The notes: generated by a model not told the origin, from the letters alone. Numbered from the stretch's first letter, positions 1 to 10,316 are shown. The stretch: DNA of 64,000 nt from Oscillospiraceae bacterium (GCA_015068525.1 SVKJ01000003.1:9779-73778); one strand, 5' to 3'. Program-made: numbers and translations.

Positions 1-1722
1 AGAATAATAGATAAAGACCTTGTTGATGCACAACAGGCAAGGCGGGTTTTAGATAGAATTGTGGGATATAAGTTAAGTCCTCTTTTGTGGAAAAAAATAA
101 GAAAAGGACTTAGCGCAGGACGTGTTCAGTCTGTTGCAACCAGAATTATATGTGACAGGGAGGAAGAAATTGAGAAATTTATTCCTGAAGAATACTGGAC
201 GATTAAAGCAGATTTAGAAACAACTGAAAAAAATATATTTACAGCAAAACTTGAAAAAAAAGACGGCAAGAAAATAACTGTAAACAATGAACAAGATGCA
301 AGAGAAATATTGCAAAGTTTAAAAAATGCAGAATATTATGTAGAAAATATAAAGGAAACAAAAAAATTAAGAAAACCTTATCCTCCTTTTATAACAAGTA
401 CCTTGCAACAGGAAGCGTCAAGAAAACTTAACTTCACGTCTAAAAGAACAATGCAGACTGCTCAGAATTTGTACGAAGGTATAAATATTAAAGGAAGAGG
501 TTTGGTTGGTCTTATAACATATATGAGAACTGACAGTTTGAGAATATCTGACGAGGCAAAAAAGAATGCAAAGAATTTCATACTTTCTAACTACGGGAGC
601 GAATTTTGTCCAAAAGGGTATAATGAATATAAAATGAGAAAAGGGAATATTCAGGATGCCCACGAAGCAATAAGACCGTCAGATGTATATCTTACACCTG
701 ACCTTGTTAAAGACTCTTTGACAAACGACCAGTATAAACTTTATAAACTTATATGGGAAAGATTTGTTGCATCTCAAATGGTAAATGCAATATTTAACGC
801 CACATCCGTTGATGTGAAGGCGGAAAACTTTACATTAAAAGCAACGGGTCTGCAAATGCTTTTTGAAGGATTTATGAAACTATATATTGAAAGTACAGAC
901 AGTGAAGACGAGGATGAAAATCAGAAACTGCCAAAACTTAACGAGGGTGAAAGTCTTAAACTTATAGAACTTAATGATAAGCAACATTTTACCAATCCTC
1001 CTTCGAGATACACAGAAGCGAGTTTAATTAAAACAATGGAAGAATATGGCATTGGAAGACCAAGTACCTATGCGCCTACTATCAGTACCATTCTTCAAAG
1101 AGAATATATAGTAAAAGAAGGTAAGTCCTTAGTACCTACCGAACTTGGAAAAGTTACAACCAATCTTATGAAAGATAATTTTAAAGATATAGTTGATGTT
1201 AAGTTTACGGCAGGTATGGAAGACAGTCTTGACAGTATAGAGCATGGAAATAATGACTGGGTACAGATTTTAAAAGAATTCTATAAAGACTTTGAAATAT
1301 CTTTAACTAAAGCACAGGATATCGATAAGGTTAAAGTCAAAGAAGAAGAAACTGATGAAATTTGTGAAAAGTGTGGAAGAAAAATGGTAATTAAAACAGG
1401 TAAGTTCGGAAAATTTCTTGCTTGTCCCGGATTTCCTGAATGTAAAAATGCCAAACCGATAACAACCGAAGTTAAAGATATCAAATGTCCGTTGTGTCAG
1501 GGTAAAGTGCTCCAGAAAAAGAGTAAAAAAGGAAAAAAATACTTTGGTTGCGAAAACAATCCTGATTGTTCATTTATGACATGGGATGAACCTACCAATG
1601 AAAAATGTGAAAAATGCGGAAATGTTCTTGTGAAAAAGTATTATGGAAAAGGTTCAAAATTATATTGCTCAAATTCAGAGTGCGAAAATGCACCTAAAAA
1701 AAGAACAGTAAAAAAGAAATAG
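1..1722 (+). CDS. topA: DNA topoisomerase I (5' end lies outside the window)
   Basis: Frame 1 is open from nt 1 ([30 protein letters not shown]..., type IA topoisomerase core). C-terminal CxxC..CxxC zinc ribbons ([41 protein letters not shown]). topA-trmFO synteny is typical of Firmicutes. Confidence 0.95.
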   Translation, partial: RIIDKDLVDAQQARRVLDRIVGYKLSPLLWKKIRKGLSAGRVQSVATRIICDREEEIEKFIPEEYWTIKADLETTEKNIFTAKLEKKDGKKITVNNEQDAREILQSLKNAEYYVENIKETKKLRKPYPPFITSTLQQEASRKLNFTSKRTMQTAQNLYEGINIKGRGLVGLITYMRTDSLRISDEAKKNAKNFILSNYGSEFCPKGYNEYKMRKGNIQDAHEAIRPSDVYLTPDLVKDSLTNDQYKLYKLIWERFVASQMVNAIFNATSVDVKAENFTLKATGLQMLFEGFMKLYIESTDSEDEDENQKLPKLNEGESLKLIELNDKQHFTNPPSRYTEASLIKTMEEYGIGRPSTYAPTISTILQREYIVKEGKSLVPTELGKVTTNLMKDNFKDIVDVKFTAGMEDSLDSIEHGNNDWVQILKEFYKDFEISLTKAQDIDKVKVKEEETDEICEKCGRKMVIKTGKFGKFLACPGFPECKNAKPITTEVKDIKCPLCQGKVLQKKSKKGKKYFGCENNPDCSFMTWDEPTNEKCEKCGNVLVKKYYGKGSKLYCSNSECENAPKKRTVKKK

Positions 1723-1739
1723 GTAAAAAGGAAAAAAGA

Positions 1740-3038
1740 ATGAAAACAGTTAATGTTATAGGGGCAGGTCTTGCAGGATGCGAAGTAGCATACAGACTTG
1801 CAGAGCATAATGTAAAAGTTAATTTATATGAGCAAAAGCCTGAGAAAAAATCTCCTGCTCACTCTTCTGATAATTTTGCCGAACTTGTATGCAGTAATTC
1901 GCTAAGAGGGAATGTGCTTTCAAATGCAGTCGGGCTTTTAAAAGAAGAAATGAGAATGTTAGGTTCTCTTGTAATTGAAAGTGCATACGAAAACCAAGTT
2001 CCTGCTGGGGGAGCGTTAGCGGTTGACAGAGAAAAGTTTTCAAAATACATCACCGATAAAATAATAAATCATCCCAATATAAATGTTATAAACGAAGAAT
2101 ATACTGAAATTTCTGATGATGAATATACGGTTATTGCAACAGGGCCTTTAACAAGCGAAAAACTATTCGAAAATATTAAGAAACTTACAGGGGATGACGA
2201 CTTGTATTTCTATGATGCAGCTGCACCTATTGTTTCTTATGACTCTATTGATATGACAAAAGCATTCAAAGCCTCAAGATATAATAAGGGTGATGCTGAT
2301 TATATTAATTGCCCTATGACAAAAGAAGAGTATGATGCTTTTTATGATGCCCTTATAAATGCTGAATGTGCTAAAATGAAAGAATTTGAAGATGAAGTTG
2401 TTTTTGAAGGGTGTATGCCTGTTGAAACAATGGCAAAAAGAGGATATAATACTCTTTTGTTCGGACCATTAAAACCTGTCGGACTTCGAAGTGAGAGTAT
2501 GGATAAAGATGCTTATGCAGTTGTCCAGTTGAGGCAGGATAACAAAGAGGGGACAATGTATAACATTGTTGGTTTTCAGACTCATCTTAAATTCGGAGAA
2601 CAAAAAAGAGTATTTTCTATGATACCTGGTCTTTCAAATGCAGAGTTTTTAAGATACGGAGTTATGCATAGAAACACTTTTATAAATTCTCCTAAAGTTC
2701 TTAATAACCATTACAGATTAAAAAATAATGATAAAATATATTTTGCAGGTCAGATTACAGGGGTTGAAGGATATGTTGAGTCTGCAGCAAGCGGGCTTAC
2801 TGTAGGAATTTATCTTTCAAAACTTTTAAACAAAGAGGAAATAAACGAATTTTCTAAAGATACGGCAATCGGTGCATTAGCCGCTTATGTATCTGACGAA
2901 ACGGTTGAAAAATTCCAGCCTATGAATGTTAATTTTGGTATTATAAATCCTCTTGGTTACCGTGTGAAAGGTAAACAGGAAAAAAATCTTGAAATTGCCA
3001 AAAGAGCATTAAAAGAAATAGAGGAAAAATTCAAATAA
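1740..3038 (+). CDS. trmFO: methylenetetrahydrofolate--tRNA-(uracil54-C5)-methyltransferase TrmFO (Gid)
   Basis: 432 aa; N-terminal FAD fold [17 protein letters not shown]; overall TrmFO-like sequence; located directly after topA. Confidence 0.93.
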   Translation: MKTVNVIGAGLAGCEVAYRLAEHNVKVNLYEQKPEKKSPAHSSDNFAELVCSNSLRGNVLSNAVGLLKEEMRMLGSLVIESAYENQVPAGGALAVDREKFSKYITDKIINHPNINVINEEYTEISDDEYTVIATGPLTSEKLFENIKKLTGDDDLYFYDAAAPIVSYDSIDMTKAFKASRYNKGDADYINCPMTKEEYDAFYDALINAECAKMKEFEDEVVFEGCMPVETMAKRGYNTLLFGPLKPVGLRSESMDKDAYAVVQLRQDNKEGTMYNIVGFQTHLKFGEQKRVFSMIPGLSNAEFLRYGVMHRNTFINSPKVLNNHYRLKNNDKIYFAGQITGVEGYVESAASGLTVGIYLSKLLNKEEINEFSKDTAIGALAAYVSDETVEKFQPMNVNFGIINPLGYRVKGKQEKNLEIAKRALKEIEEKFK

Positions 3039-3045
3039 AATATAT

Positions 3046-3090
3046 AGACAGTTCGAAATCCATCCTGTCTTAAATCAAAACTAGGAGTGT
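3046..3090 (+). promoter_or_regulatory. preQ1-I riboswitch (translational type) in the queT leader
   Basis: AGACAG-UUCGAAAUCCAUC-CUGUCU hairpin (3046-3070) followed by the A-rich tail UAAAUCAAAACUAGGAG, which contains the SD. Same layout as B. subtilis queC preQ1-I (stem, loop starting UUC, tail AAAAAACUAAGG). The downstream gene is the preQ1/queuosine-precursor transporter QueT. Confidence 0.7.
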
Positions 3091-3097
3091 TAAAAAA

Positions 3098-3592
3098 ATG
3101 AAATTACAAAAGATTACTAAAACAGCAATTATTTCAGCGTTATATTGTGTGTTGACATTGGCGTTTGCACCTGTAAGTTACGGAGTAATTCAGTTAAGAG
3201 TTTCGGAGGTTTTGACAGTTTTACCCAAATTTTCAAAATCATCAATCTTAGGACTTACAATCGGATGTTTTCTTTCAAATTACATAGGTATGGCGTTTGT
3301 AGGAAGTACAGGAATTATTGATGTTGTATTCGGAACTCTGGCGACTTTTCTTGCAGGTATATGTTCTTATTTAACAAGAAAAAATAAATGGCTTGTTGCC
3401 TTGTTTCCTGTGCTTTTTAACGGTGTAATTGTAGGTGGTTATCTTCATTTTATTGCTTATACAAATATAAATATTTTTTTGTGTATGCTTTATGTAGCTA
3501 TAGGGGAAGCGCTTGTAACATATGTACTGGGAATTCCTTTAATAAATTTTGTTTTAAAAACAAATAAAATAGGAGAAATACTTAATGATTAA
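3098..3592 (+). CDS. queT: queuosine precursor transporter QueT (ECF S-component-like membrane protein)
   Basis: 164 aa with multiple TM helices; N-terminus KTAIISALYCVLTLAFAPVSYGVIQLRVSEVLTVLP is typical of the QueT family; preceded by a preQ1 riboswitch. Confidence 0.85.
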   Translation: MKLQKITKTAIISALYCVLTLAFAPVSYGVIQLRVSEVLTVLPKFSKSSILGLTIGCFLSNYIGMAFVGSTGIIDVVFGTLATFLAGICSYLTRKNKWLVALFPVLFNGVIVGGYLHFIAYTNINIFLCMLYVAIGEALVTYVLGIPLINFVLKTNKIGEILND

Positions 3593-5435
3593 TATTGAAA
3601 AATACCTTGATAAAGTTGAAAAGCCGTCACGATACGTGGGCGGAGAATATAACAGTATAATTAAAGATAAAGAAAATGTGAATATAAGATTTGCATTCTG
3701 CTTTCCTGATACTTATGAAATCGGAATGTCGCATCTTGGATTAAGATGTATTTACCATACTCTTAATGAAATTTCTGATGTTTGGTGCGAAAGAAGTTTT
3801 ATGCCATGGGTAGATATGGAAGAAATATTAAAGAGAAATAATATTCCTCTTTTTGCCTTGGAATCAAAAGATGCTCTTAATGAGTTTGATATGTTAGGCT
3901 TTACTTTGCAATATGAAATGAGTTATACTAATGTACTTGCAATGCTTGATATGTCAGGTATACCTTTTTTATCAAAAGAAAGAGATTATACTTGCCCGTT
4001 TATATGTGCAGGCGGTCCTTGTGCAGTTAATCCGGAACCTCTTTATGATATAATTGACTTTTTTATGATAGGCGAAGGGGAAGAAGTTCTTCCTGAAGTT
4101 ATGGATGTTTACAGGGAATATAAAAAAAGCGGTTCTTGTAACAGAGATGATTTTTTATTTAAAGTGGCACAATTAAAAGGAGTATATGTTCCTAAATTCT
4201 ATGATGTTTCCTATAATGAAGACGGAACAATTAAAGGAAGAACTCACGCTGACGGCGTTCCTGATACTATTGAGAAAAGAGTTATAGAAGATTTTGACAG
4301 TTTGCCTCATCCTGAAAAAATTATTGTACCCTATACTGAAATAGTGCATGACAGGGTTACGCTTGAAATATTCAGAGGATGCATAAGAGGATGCAGATTT
4401 TGTCAGGCAGGGTTTATATACCGTCCTGTAAGAGAAAGAACTCCTGATAAACTTGTTGATATTGCGGTTAAATCTTTAGAGGTAACAGGTTATGATGAAG
4501 TGTCATTATGTTCTTTAAGTACCAGTGACTATACACGTCTTAATGAACTTACCGATAAACTAATGGAATATACTATTGACAGGAAGATAAACTTTTGTCT
4601 GCCATCACTTCGAATTGATAATTTTAATTTACCTCTTGCCAACAAAGTGCAGAAAGTAAGAAAAACCTCTTTAACCTTTGCTCCTGAAGCGGGAACTCAA
4701 AGAATGAGAGATGTTATAAACAAAAATGTTTGTGAAGAAGATGTTTTAAAAACATCGCACCTTATTTTCACAAACGGATGGAACAGCGTTAAGTTTTATT
4801 TTATGATTGGCCTTCCTTATGAAACAAAGGAAGATGTTTTAGGTATTAAGGATTTAGCATTTAAAGTTCAGAATACTTATTATAAGATAGACAAGCCTTT
4901 AAGACCGAAAGGCGCAAGAATAACGGTGAGTACATCTTCATTTGTTCCTAAACCTTTTACACCGTTTATGTGGGCAAGGCAGGATACAATAGAAGAGTTA
5001 AGAGATAAACAAAATTTACTTAAAAATGAAATGAAATCCAAAATTATTAATTATAATTGGCATGATGCAGATTTGTCCATTTTGGAAGGTGTATTTGCAA
5101 GAGGGGACAGAAGACTTTCCAAAGTCCTTATTTCTGCGTATGATAAGGGATGCCGTCTTGATGGATGGAATGAACATTTTAAGTACGATAAATGGATGGA
5201 AGCATTTATAGAAAATAATATAGATTACACATTCTATACTCACAGAGAAAGAGAATATGAAGAAAATCTGCCATGGGATTTTATAGATGTGGGAGTAAGT
5301 AAAAAGTTTTTGATAAGCGAAAATGAAAAAGCAAAAATGGCGTCTACAACACCTAATTGCAGGCAAAATTGTGCGGGGTGTGGTATAACCAAGTTAGCAA
5401 AATGTAAGGAGCAGTTCAATGGAGTTAAGAGTTAA
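3585..5435 (+). CDS. B12-binding-domain radical SAM protein, TIGR03960 family (function unknown)
   Basis: 616 aa; CxxxCxxC cluster motif GCIRGCRFCQAG; followed by, and overlapping, the DUF2344 partner gene with which it is fused in many bacteria. Confidence 0.85.
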   Translation: MINIEKYLDKVEKPSRYVGGEYNSIIKDKENVNIRFAFCFPDTYEIGMSHLGLRCIYHTLNEISDVWCERSFMPWVDMEEILKRNNIPLFALESKDALNEFDMLGFTLQYEMSYTNVLAMLDMSGIPFLSKERDYTCPFICAGGPCAVNPEPLYDIIDFFMIGEGEEVLPEVMDVYREYKKSGSCNRDDFLFKVAQLKGVYVPKFYDVSYNEDGTIKGRTHADGVPDTIEKRVIEDFDSLPHPEKIIVPYTEIVHDRVTLEIFRGCIRGCRFCQAGFIYRPVRERTPDKLVDIAVKSLEVTGYDEVSLCSLSTSDYTRLNELTDKLMEYTIDRKINFCLPSLRIDNFNLPLANKVQKVRKTSLTFAPEAGTQRMRDVINKNVCEEDVLKTSHLIFTNGWNSVKFYFMIGLPYETKEDVLGIKDLAFKVQNTYYKIDKPLRPKGARITVSTSSFVPKPFTPFMWARQDTIEELRDKQNLLKNEMKSKIINYNWHDADLSILEGVFARGDRRLSKVLISAYDKGCRLDGWNEHFKYDKWMEAFIENNIDYTFYTHREREYEENLPWDFIDVGVSKKFLISENEKAKMASTTPNCRQNCAGCGITKLAKCKEQFNGVKS

Positions 5436-6057
5436 ATTTAATAAAATAAGTGATGCGAAATATATTTCTCATCTTGATTTACTAAGGACTTTTAATCGAA
5501 TGATAATGAGAAGCGATTTGAAACCTGCGTACTCACAAGGATATAACCCACATATTATAATGTCATTTTTGCAACCTTCTTCAGTGGGTATGGCAACTAA
5601 GTCAGATTGCCTTGATATAACTTTAGAAGGCGAATATGACCTTAATAAAGTTCTTTTAAACCTTCAGGAAGTTGCACCCAGAGGTATTGAGATAACAAGT
5701 GTGGAAGAAAATAACGGAAAGTTAAAGTTTAATACTCTTTCTTCGGCAGTGTATTCGGTTTTAATAGATACCAATGCGACTAAAGATGATATAATTAACT
5801 TTTTACGCCTTGATGAAATTTTTGTTGATAAAAAGACTAAAAAAGGGATAAAAGAAGTTGATATAAAACCTCTTCTTTTAAGTTATGAGGTGAAAGATGG
5901 CATAGAACTTATATTGCATTTAAAAGCAGGAAGCAGTGAAAACTTAAATCCATCGCTTTTACTGAAAGCAATGGAAAAATATATTGATAATATATACATA
6001 AACAATGTAAGAATTACAAGGGAATATTTGTTGTCGGAAAATGGCGAAATTTTCTAA
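5419..6057 (+). CDS. radical SAM-linked protein, TIGR03936 / DUF2344 family
   Basis: 212 aa; KFNKISDAKYISHLDLLRTFNRMIMRSDLKPAYSQGYNPH is characteristic of DUF2344; 17-nt overlap with the upstream radical SAM gene. Confidence 0.8.
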   Translation: MELRVKFNKISDAKYISHLDLLRTFNRMIMRSDLKPAYSQGYNPHIIMSFLQPSSVGMATKSDCLDITLEGEYDLNKVLLNLQEVAPRGIEITSVEENNGKLKFNTLSSAVYSVLIDTNATKDDIINFLRLDEIFVDKKTKKGIKEVDIKPLLLSYEVKDGIELILHLKAGSSENLNPSLLLKAMEKYIDNIYINNVRITREYLLSENGEIF

Positions 6058-6124
6058 ATTTTGTATATTTTCAACAAAAAAATATAAGATTTATAATATT
6101 TTTTAATAAAAATAGAAAAAATGT

Positions 6125-6153
6125 TTGACAATATCATAACAAATGTGTATAAT
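6125..6153 (+). promoter_or_regulatory. sigma-A type promoter for sigH
   Basis: TTGACA (6125-6130), 17-nt spacer ending in TGTG, TATAAT (6148-6153). Confidence 0.55.
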
Positions 6154-6194
6154 GATTGTATGGGTATTTTAAGTATTTGTTTGTAGGTGTTTAA

Positions 6195-6812
6195 GTGAAA
6201 GCATACGATATAAACGATGAAGAGATTATAAATGGTGCCAAAAGTGGAGATAATGATTGTCTCGAGATTATTTTTGATAGTTTCAGAGGATATATAAGAA
6301 GTCTCTCAAATAAGTATTATCTTGTTGGTGCTGATAAAGATGATCTTGTGCAGGAAGGAATGATCGGGCTTTTTAAAGCAATAAGAGATTATGACGAAAG
6401 CCAGGGCATTACTTTTGTTTCTTTTGCGTCAGTATGTATAAAAAGGCAGATTAAAACTGCGCTTAAACTATCTTTGAGAAAAAAGCATATACCTCTTAAT
6501 TCTTCGGTGTCTTTGCAGGCGTCAATGTTTGATGATGAGAGTGACAGGGAACTCATCGAATATTTTGAAGATAAAAAAGAGATTAATCCCGAAGAGGTTT
6601 ACATAAATAATGAAACCTTTACTCAACTTAATAAAATGCTTTATGAAACATTAAGTAAGTTGGAACTTAATATCCTTGTTTTATATAATCAGCATTTAAG
6701 TTATAAAGAAATTTCCGAAATTACGGGAAAAAGTGTTAAATCTATTGATAATGCCATTCAGAGAATTAAAAAGAAGATGGAGATTATCAAAAATCAATAT
6801 ATGTCCTTGTAG
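6195..6812 (+). CDS. sigH: RNA polymerase sporulation sigma factor SigH
   Basis: GTG start with SD AGGTG. DLVQEGMIGLFKAIRDYD (region 2) and FVSFASVCIKRQIKTALKLSLRKKHIPLNSSVSL (SigH-specific block); C-terminal HTH LSYKEISEITGKSVKSIDNAIQRIKKK. Confidence 0.9.
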   Translation: MKAYDINDEEIINGAKSGDNDCLEIIFDSFRGYIRSLSNKYYLVGADKDDLVQEGMIGLFKAIRDYDESQGITFVSFASVCIKRQIKTALKLSLRKKHIPLNSSVSLQASMFDDESDRELIEYFEDKKEINPEEVYINNETFTQLNKMLYETLSKLELNILVLYNQHLSYKEISEITGKSVKSIDNAIQRIKKKMEIIKNQYMSL

Positions 6813-6891
6813 CTCATTGGCAGAGTGCTGTTTTTCGCGGGTATTTTTACTGTGTTTAATGGAGAAGACGGTTCGATTCCGGACGGTGGAC
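6803..6891 (+). other. tRNA-like remnant (does not fold into a complete cloverleaf)
   Basis: GTAGCTCATTGGCAGAG (D-arm consensus, 6809-6825) and GGTTCGATTCC (T-loop consensus, 6870-6880). However, the T-stem has only 3 bp, the acceptor has 4 bp plus a wobble, and there is no anticodon stem. Overlaps the sigH stop codon. Confidence 0.3.
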
Positions 6892-6925
6892 TAATAATAT
6901 TTCTATTTTTTAAGGAGAGAAAACT

Positions 6926-7201
6926 ATGTACGAAGACAAAACACTTATCTGCAAAGATTGCGGAAACGAATTCATATTTACAGCAGGGGAACAAGAATTC
7001 TATGCTGAGAAAGGATTCGAAAACGAACCAGTTCGTTGCAAAGAATGCAGAGTGTCAAGAAAAGCAAGCATCCGCGAAAAGAGAGAACTTCATACTGCTG
7101 TATGTGCTGAATGCGGTCAGGAAGCAAAAGTTCCATTTATTCCAAGAGATGACAGACCTGTTTACTGTAGCGAATGTTTCAGTAAAAAAAGTGCTGAATA
7201 A
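6926..7201 (+). CDS. zinc-ribbon protein (zf-trcl-like, two CxxC..CxxC units)
   Basis: 91 aa; CKDCGNEFIFTAGEQEFYAEKGFENEPVRCKECR and CAECGQEAKVPFIPRDDRPVYCSECF; SD AAGGAGAG upstream. Confidence 0.8.
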   Translation: MYEDKTLICKDCGNEFIFTAGEQEFYAEKGFENEPVRCKECRVSRKASIREKRELHTAVCAECGQEAKVPFIPRDDRPVYCSECFSKKSAE

Positions 7202-7217
7202 TTTTATATGAAATATA

Positions 7218-7256
7218 GCCCTGTCGGTAAATCCGTCAGGGCATTATTCTTTTTTA
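7218..7256 (+). terminator. rho-independent terminator
   Basis: gccctgtcgg-taaat-ccgtcagggc followed by attattctttttt. Confidence 0.85.
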
Positions 7257-7335
7257 TAATTAAAAAATAAAAATCTTGCATTTAGGGTGCAATATGTAGT
7301 ATAATAATATATAATACATAAATGGAGTGATTTAA

Positions 7336-7542
7336 ATGAAAATAACAAAAGATACAATTATTGCAGATGTTTTAAAAATAGATGCAGACTTAGCGCCTTT
7401 CTTTTTAGAAATCGGTATGCATTGTTTGGGTTGCCCTTCTGCCACAGGCGAAACAATTGCCGAAGCATGCGATGTTCACGGGGCGGATTGTGACCTTTTA
7501 CTTGAAAAACTTAACAACTTCCTTGAAAAGGGGGAAAATTAA
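7336..7542 (+). CDS. DUF1858 domain protein (hybrid-cluster-protein-associated redox disulfide protein family)
   Basis: 68 aa; IADVLKIDADLAPFFLEIGMHCLGCPSATGETIAEAC motif. Confidence 0.8.
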   Translation: MKITKDTIIADVLKIDADLAPFFLEIGMHCLGCPSATGETIAEACDVHGADCDLLLEKLNNFLEKGEN

Positions 7543-7543
7543 A

Positions 7544-7825
7544 TTGCTTGAGAATATGATAACTTATAAAGAGAAACCGCTTTCAAGATGTGGTAATATG
7601 ATATATTACGGAGATTTTTCGGATAAGTATATTTCTATTATTGAAGTACTTTCTGAAAAAGAGGAAAATGGAGCGGTAGTTCCTGATAAATTAAGTATAA
7701 AACTTAATCAGAATTGTGGTAATCTTAAATTTAAGCCAATTAAAAAAGCAGAACGAGAAAGTCTTTATGTTGCATTAGACCTTGCTGAATACTGGCTTAA
7801 AGAAGCATTGGAGATAGATCCGTGA
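7544..7825 (+). CDS. hypothetical protein
   Basis: The tracked ORF starts at 7457 inside the previous gene. A TTG at 7544 (SD GGGGGAAAA 8 nt upstream) or the ATG at 7556 is a more plausible start. No recognisable domain. Confidence 0.55.
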   Translation: MLENMITYKEKPLSRCGNMIYYGDFSDKYISIIEVLSEKEENGAVVPDKLSIKLNQNCGNLKFKPIKKAERESLYVALDLAEYWLKEALEIDP

Positions 7826-8469
7826 TAAGTCTTGATTATATTATAGGACTCCTTATATCACTTGTTGCTTTTTTCCTGTCGATATCCTGTCATGAATTTG
7901 CGCATGGTTATGTCGCTTATAAAATGGGAGATCCTACTGCAAAATTAAGCGGGCGTTTGACCTTAAATCCTGTGAAACACTTTGATTTGTTTTCAATACT
8001 TTTCTTTGTGATTTTTCACTTCGGGTGGGCAAAAGGTGTGCCTGTAGATTCAAGATATTTTAAAAATCAAAAGCACGGTATGGTATATACTGCTCTTGCA
8101 GGACCAGTTACAAATGTTTTATTGGCATTTATCTTTACCGTGATTTTAAATCTGTTATTTAAAATATCATTTAAAAGCGAACTCGTATTTGAAATTTTTA
8201 CGTATATTGCAACTTTTTGTCAGTATATGATATCGGTAAATGCAATGCTTGCTATATTTAACCTTATACCTATTCCGCCACTTGATGGTTCTAAGATATT
8301 TTTCGCAGTTTTGCCTGAAAGATTATATTTTAAGGTTTTGTCTTATGACAGGTATATGATGATAATATCACTCGTACTTGTTTATGCAGGAGTTCTTGAC
8401 AGAGTGGTGAATACCGGAGTTTCAAATCTTATTTCGTTACTTCAGAATTTAGTAGGAGTTTTTATATAA
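7822..8469 (+). CDS. site-2 protease family (peptidase M50) membrane metalloprotease
   Basis: HEFAHGYVAYKMGDPTA (HExxH) and NLIPIPPLDGSKIF motifs; polytopic membrane protein. Confidence 0.88.
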   Translation: MISLDYIIGLLISLVAFFLSISCHEFAHGYVAYKMGDPTAKLSGRLTLNPVKHFDLFSILFFVIFHFGWAKGVPVDSRYFKNQKHGMVYTALAGPVTNVLLAFIFTVILNLLFKISFKSELVFEIFTYIATFCQYMISVNAMLAIFNLIPIPPLDGSKIFFAVLPERLYFKVLSYDRYMMIISLVLVYAGVLDRVVNTGVSNLISLLQNLVGVFI

Positions 8470-8470
8470 A

Positions 8471-9199
8471 ATGGAACAAATTACTTTTAAGGCTCACGAA
8501 TTTGAGGGACCTTTGGACTTGCTTTTGTTTCTTATAAAAGCAAATAAAGTAAATATATATGATATTCCGATTGTTGAAATATCTGAACAATATATGAAAT
8601 ATGTCAGCAAAATGAAAGAAATGAACCTTGATGAAACAAGTGAATTTCTTGTTATGGCGTCTGAACTTTTATATATTAAATCAAAAATGCTTCTTCCTGT
8701 AGAGAAAAATGAAGATGGCGAGATTATAGATCCGCGTACCGAACTTGTTGAAAAACTTTTGGAATATCAGAAATATAAAGAACTTTCCGAATTTTTAAAA
8801 GGCAGGGAAGATATAGGCAGATTTTCTTTTGTCAAGCCACGCGAGAAGGTAAAAGGAATAAGATACAGTAATGATGATCTGGATGTTTCTGTTCTTGATC
8901 TTGTGAATGCTTTTCATGATGTTATTGACAGGATTGAAAGAAAACTTCCGCCTCCTAAAACTTCATTTATCGGTATTGTAGCAAGAGAAGAAGTTAATTT
9001 GAAAGACAGGATTGATATTATAAAGAAATTTTTACTTGAAAATAAGAAGACGGAATTTGATGAACTGTTTATTAAAACCTGTACTACAAGACCACAGATT
9101 ATTGTAACATTTTTAGGAGTTTTGGAACTTATTAAATTAAGTAAAATTGCAGTTAAAAAAACTAATGGTAATATGTATATAACATTAAAGGAAGAATAA
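8471..9199 (+). CDS. scpA: segregation and condensation protein A
   Basis: 242 aa; FEGPLDLLLFLIKANKVNIYDIPIVEISEQY N-terminus is typical of ScpA; followed by scpB. Confidence 0.92.
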   Translation: MEQITFKAHEFEGPLDLLLFLIKANKVNIYDIPIVEISEQYMKYVSKMKEMNLDETSEFLVMASELLYIKSKMLLPVEKNEDGEIIDPRTELVEKLLEYQKYKELSEFLKGREDIGRFSFVKPREKVKGIRYSNDDLDVSVLDLVNAFHDVIDRIERKLPPPKTSFIGIVAREEVNLKDRIDIIKKFLLENKKTEFDELFIKTCTTRPQIIVTFLGVLELIKLSKIAVKKTNGNMYITLKEE

Positions 9200-9203
9200 G
9201 TAA

Positions 9204-9839
9204 ATGTTAGGAATTGAAGATAAAGAGTTATACAATGCTATCGAAGCCTTGCTTTTTGTTGCAGGTGATCCTGTATCAATGGACAGGCTGTCGGAAGCAC
9301 TTAATATCCCTATATCCGATTTGGAAGAATTTATGCCGAAAATGATGGATGAATATAACTATGAACGGCGTGGGATAAAACTTATAAAACTTGAAAATTC
9401 ATATCAGTTAACTACCCGTTCAGAATATTTTGATGCGGTTGTAAGAATGGTCACTCATAAGCAGAAACAGGTTCTTTCTCCTGCAACTTTGGAGGTTTTA
9501 TCCATTATTTCTTATAATCAACCAATAACCAAAGCGGCAATAGAAAAAGTAAGAGGCGTAGATTCTTCTCATTCTCTTACAAAATTATTAGAAAGAGAAC
9601 TTATTGAGCAAAGAGGAAGGCTTAATGCTCCGGGAAGACCTGTTCTATACGGTACAACTGATGAGTTTTTAAGATGTTTTGGGCTTCAGTCTTTGGAAGA
9701 AATGCCAAATCTTGAAGATGATTTGTCGCAAGTTGGAATGGAAACTGATCCTAATAAAGATAACGTAACATTTGATGAACTTGAAAAAAGAATGGAAGAC
9801 GGAGAATATGTGGAACAAACTGATCCGTCCTTTATATAA
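9204..9839 (+). CDS. scpB: segregation and condensation protein B
   Basis: IEALLFVAGDPVS..., LSPATLEVLSIISYNQPITKAAIEKVRGVDS winged-helix blocks. Confidence 0.92.
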   Translation: MLGIEDKELYNAIEALLFVAGDPVSMDRLSEALNIPISDLEEFMPKMMDEYNYERRGIKLIKLENSYQLTTRSEYFDAVVRMVTHKQKQVLSPATLEVLSIISYNQPITKAAIEKVRGVDSSHSLTKLLERELIEQRGRLNAPGRPVLYGTTDEFLRCFGLQSLEEMPNLEDDLSQVGMETDPNKDNVTFDELEKRMEDGEYVEQTDPSFI

Positions 9840-9868
9840 TTTACATAAAAATACGGAGGTGCATAACA

Positions 9869-10306
9869 ATGGCTGAACATCCAATTGAAGGAATAATGAG
9901 TACAGCACTTGGAAATATCAAAGAAATGGTAGATGTTAACACTATCGTAGGTAATCCTGTTACAACACCTGACGGTACTGTTATAATTCCAGTATCAAAA
10001 GTTGCTTTTGGCTTTTGTGCAGGCGGAACGGAATTCGGAAGCCCTGTTGTAAAAGAGGAAGGGCTTAAATCAAATTTTGGTGGCGGCAGCGGAGCAGGCG
10101 TTACTATAACTCCTGTTGCTTTCTTAGTTGTTAACGGAACTAATGTAAGAATGCTTTCTATGTCTTCGGCATCAACTGCTGCAGATAAAATAGTTGATAT
10201 GATTCCTGAAATCTTAACGAAATTTAAAGAGATAGTAAATAAAGAAAAGAAAGACGATTCTATAAAATTTCAAAGTGATTTTTCCGATGAAATAGTTGTG
10301 GAATAA
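9869..10306 (+). CDS. ytfJ: GerW/YtfJ family sporulation protein
   Basis: 145 aa; IVGNPVTTPDGTVIIPVSKVAFGFCAGGTEF..GGGSGAGVTITPVAFLVV. Confidence 0.88.
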   Translation: MAEHPIEGIMSTALGNIKEMVDVNTIVGNPVTTPDGTVIIPVSKVAFGFCAGGTEFGSPVVKEEGLKSNFGGGSGAGVTITPVAFLVVNGTNVRMLSMSSASTAADKIVDMIPEILTKFKEIVNKEKKDDSIKFQSDFSDEIVVE

Positions 10307-10316
10307 AAATATCTTA

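Noticed and set aside
6825-7211. 128-aa + strand ORF overlapping the tRNA-like remnant and the zinc-ribbon gene in another frame.
   Set aside because: The 91-aa zinc-ribbon frame (6926-7201) has an SD and clear CxxC motifs. The 128-aa frame has neither.
7457-7543. Long version of the hypothetical ORF starting at 7457 inside the DUF1858 gene.
   Set aside because: It overlaps the conserved upstream gene by 86 nt in another frame. An SD-supported TTG (7544) or ATG (7556) start removes the overlap.
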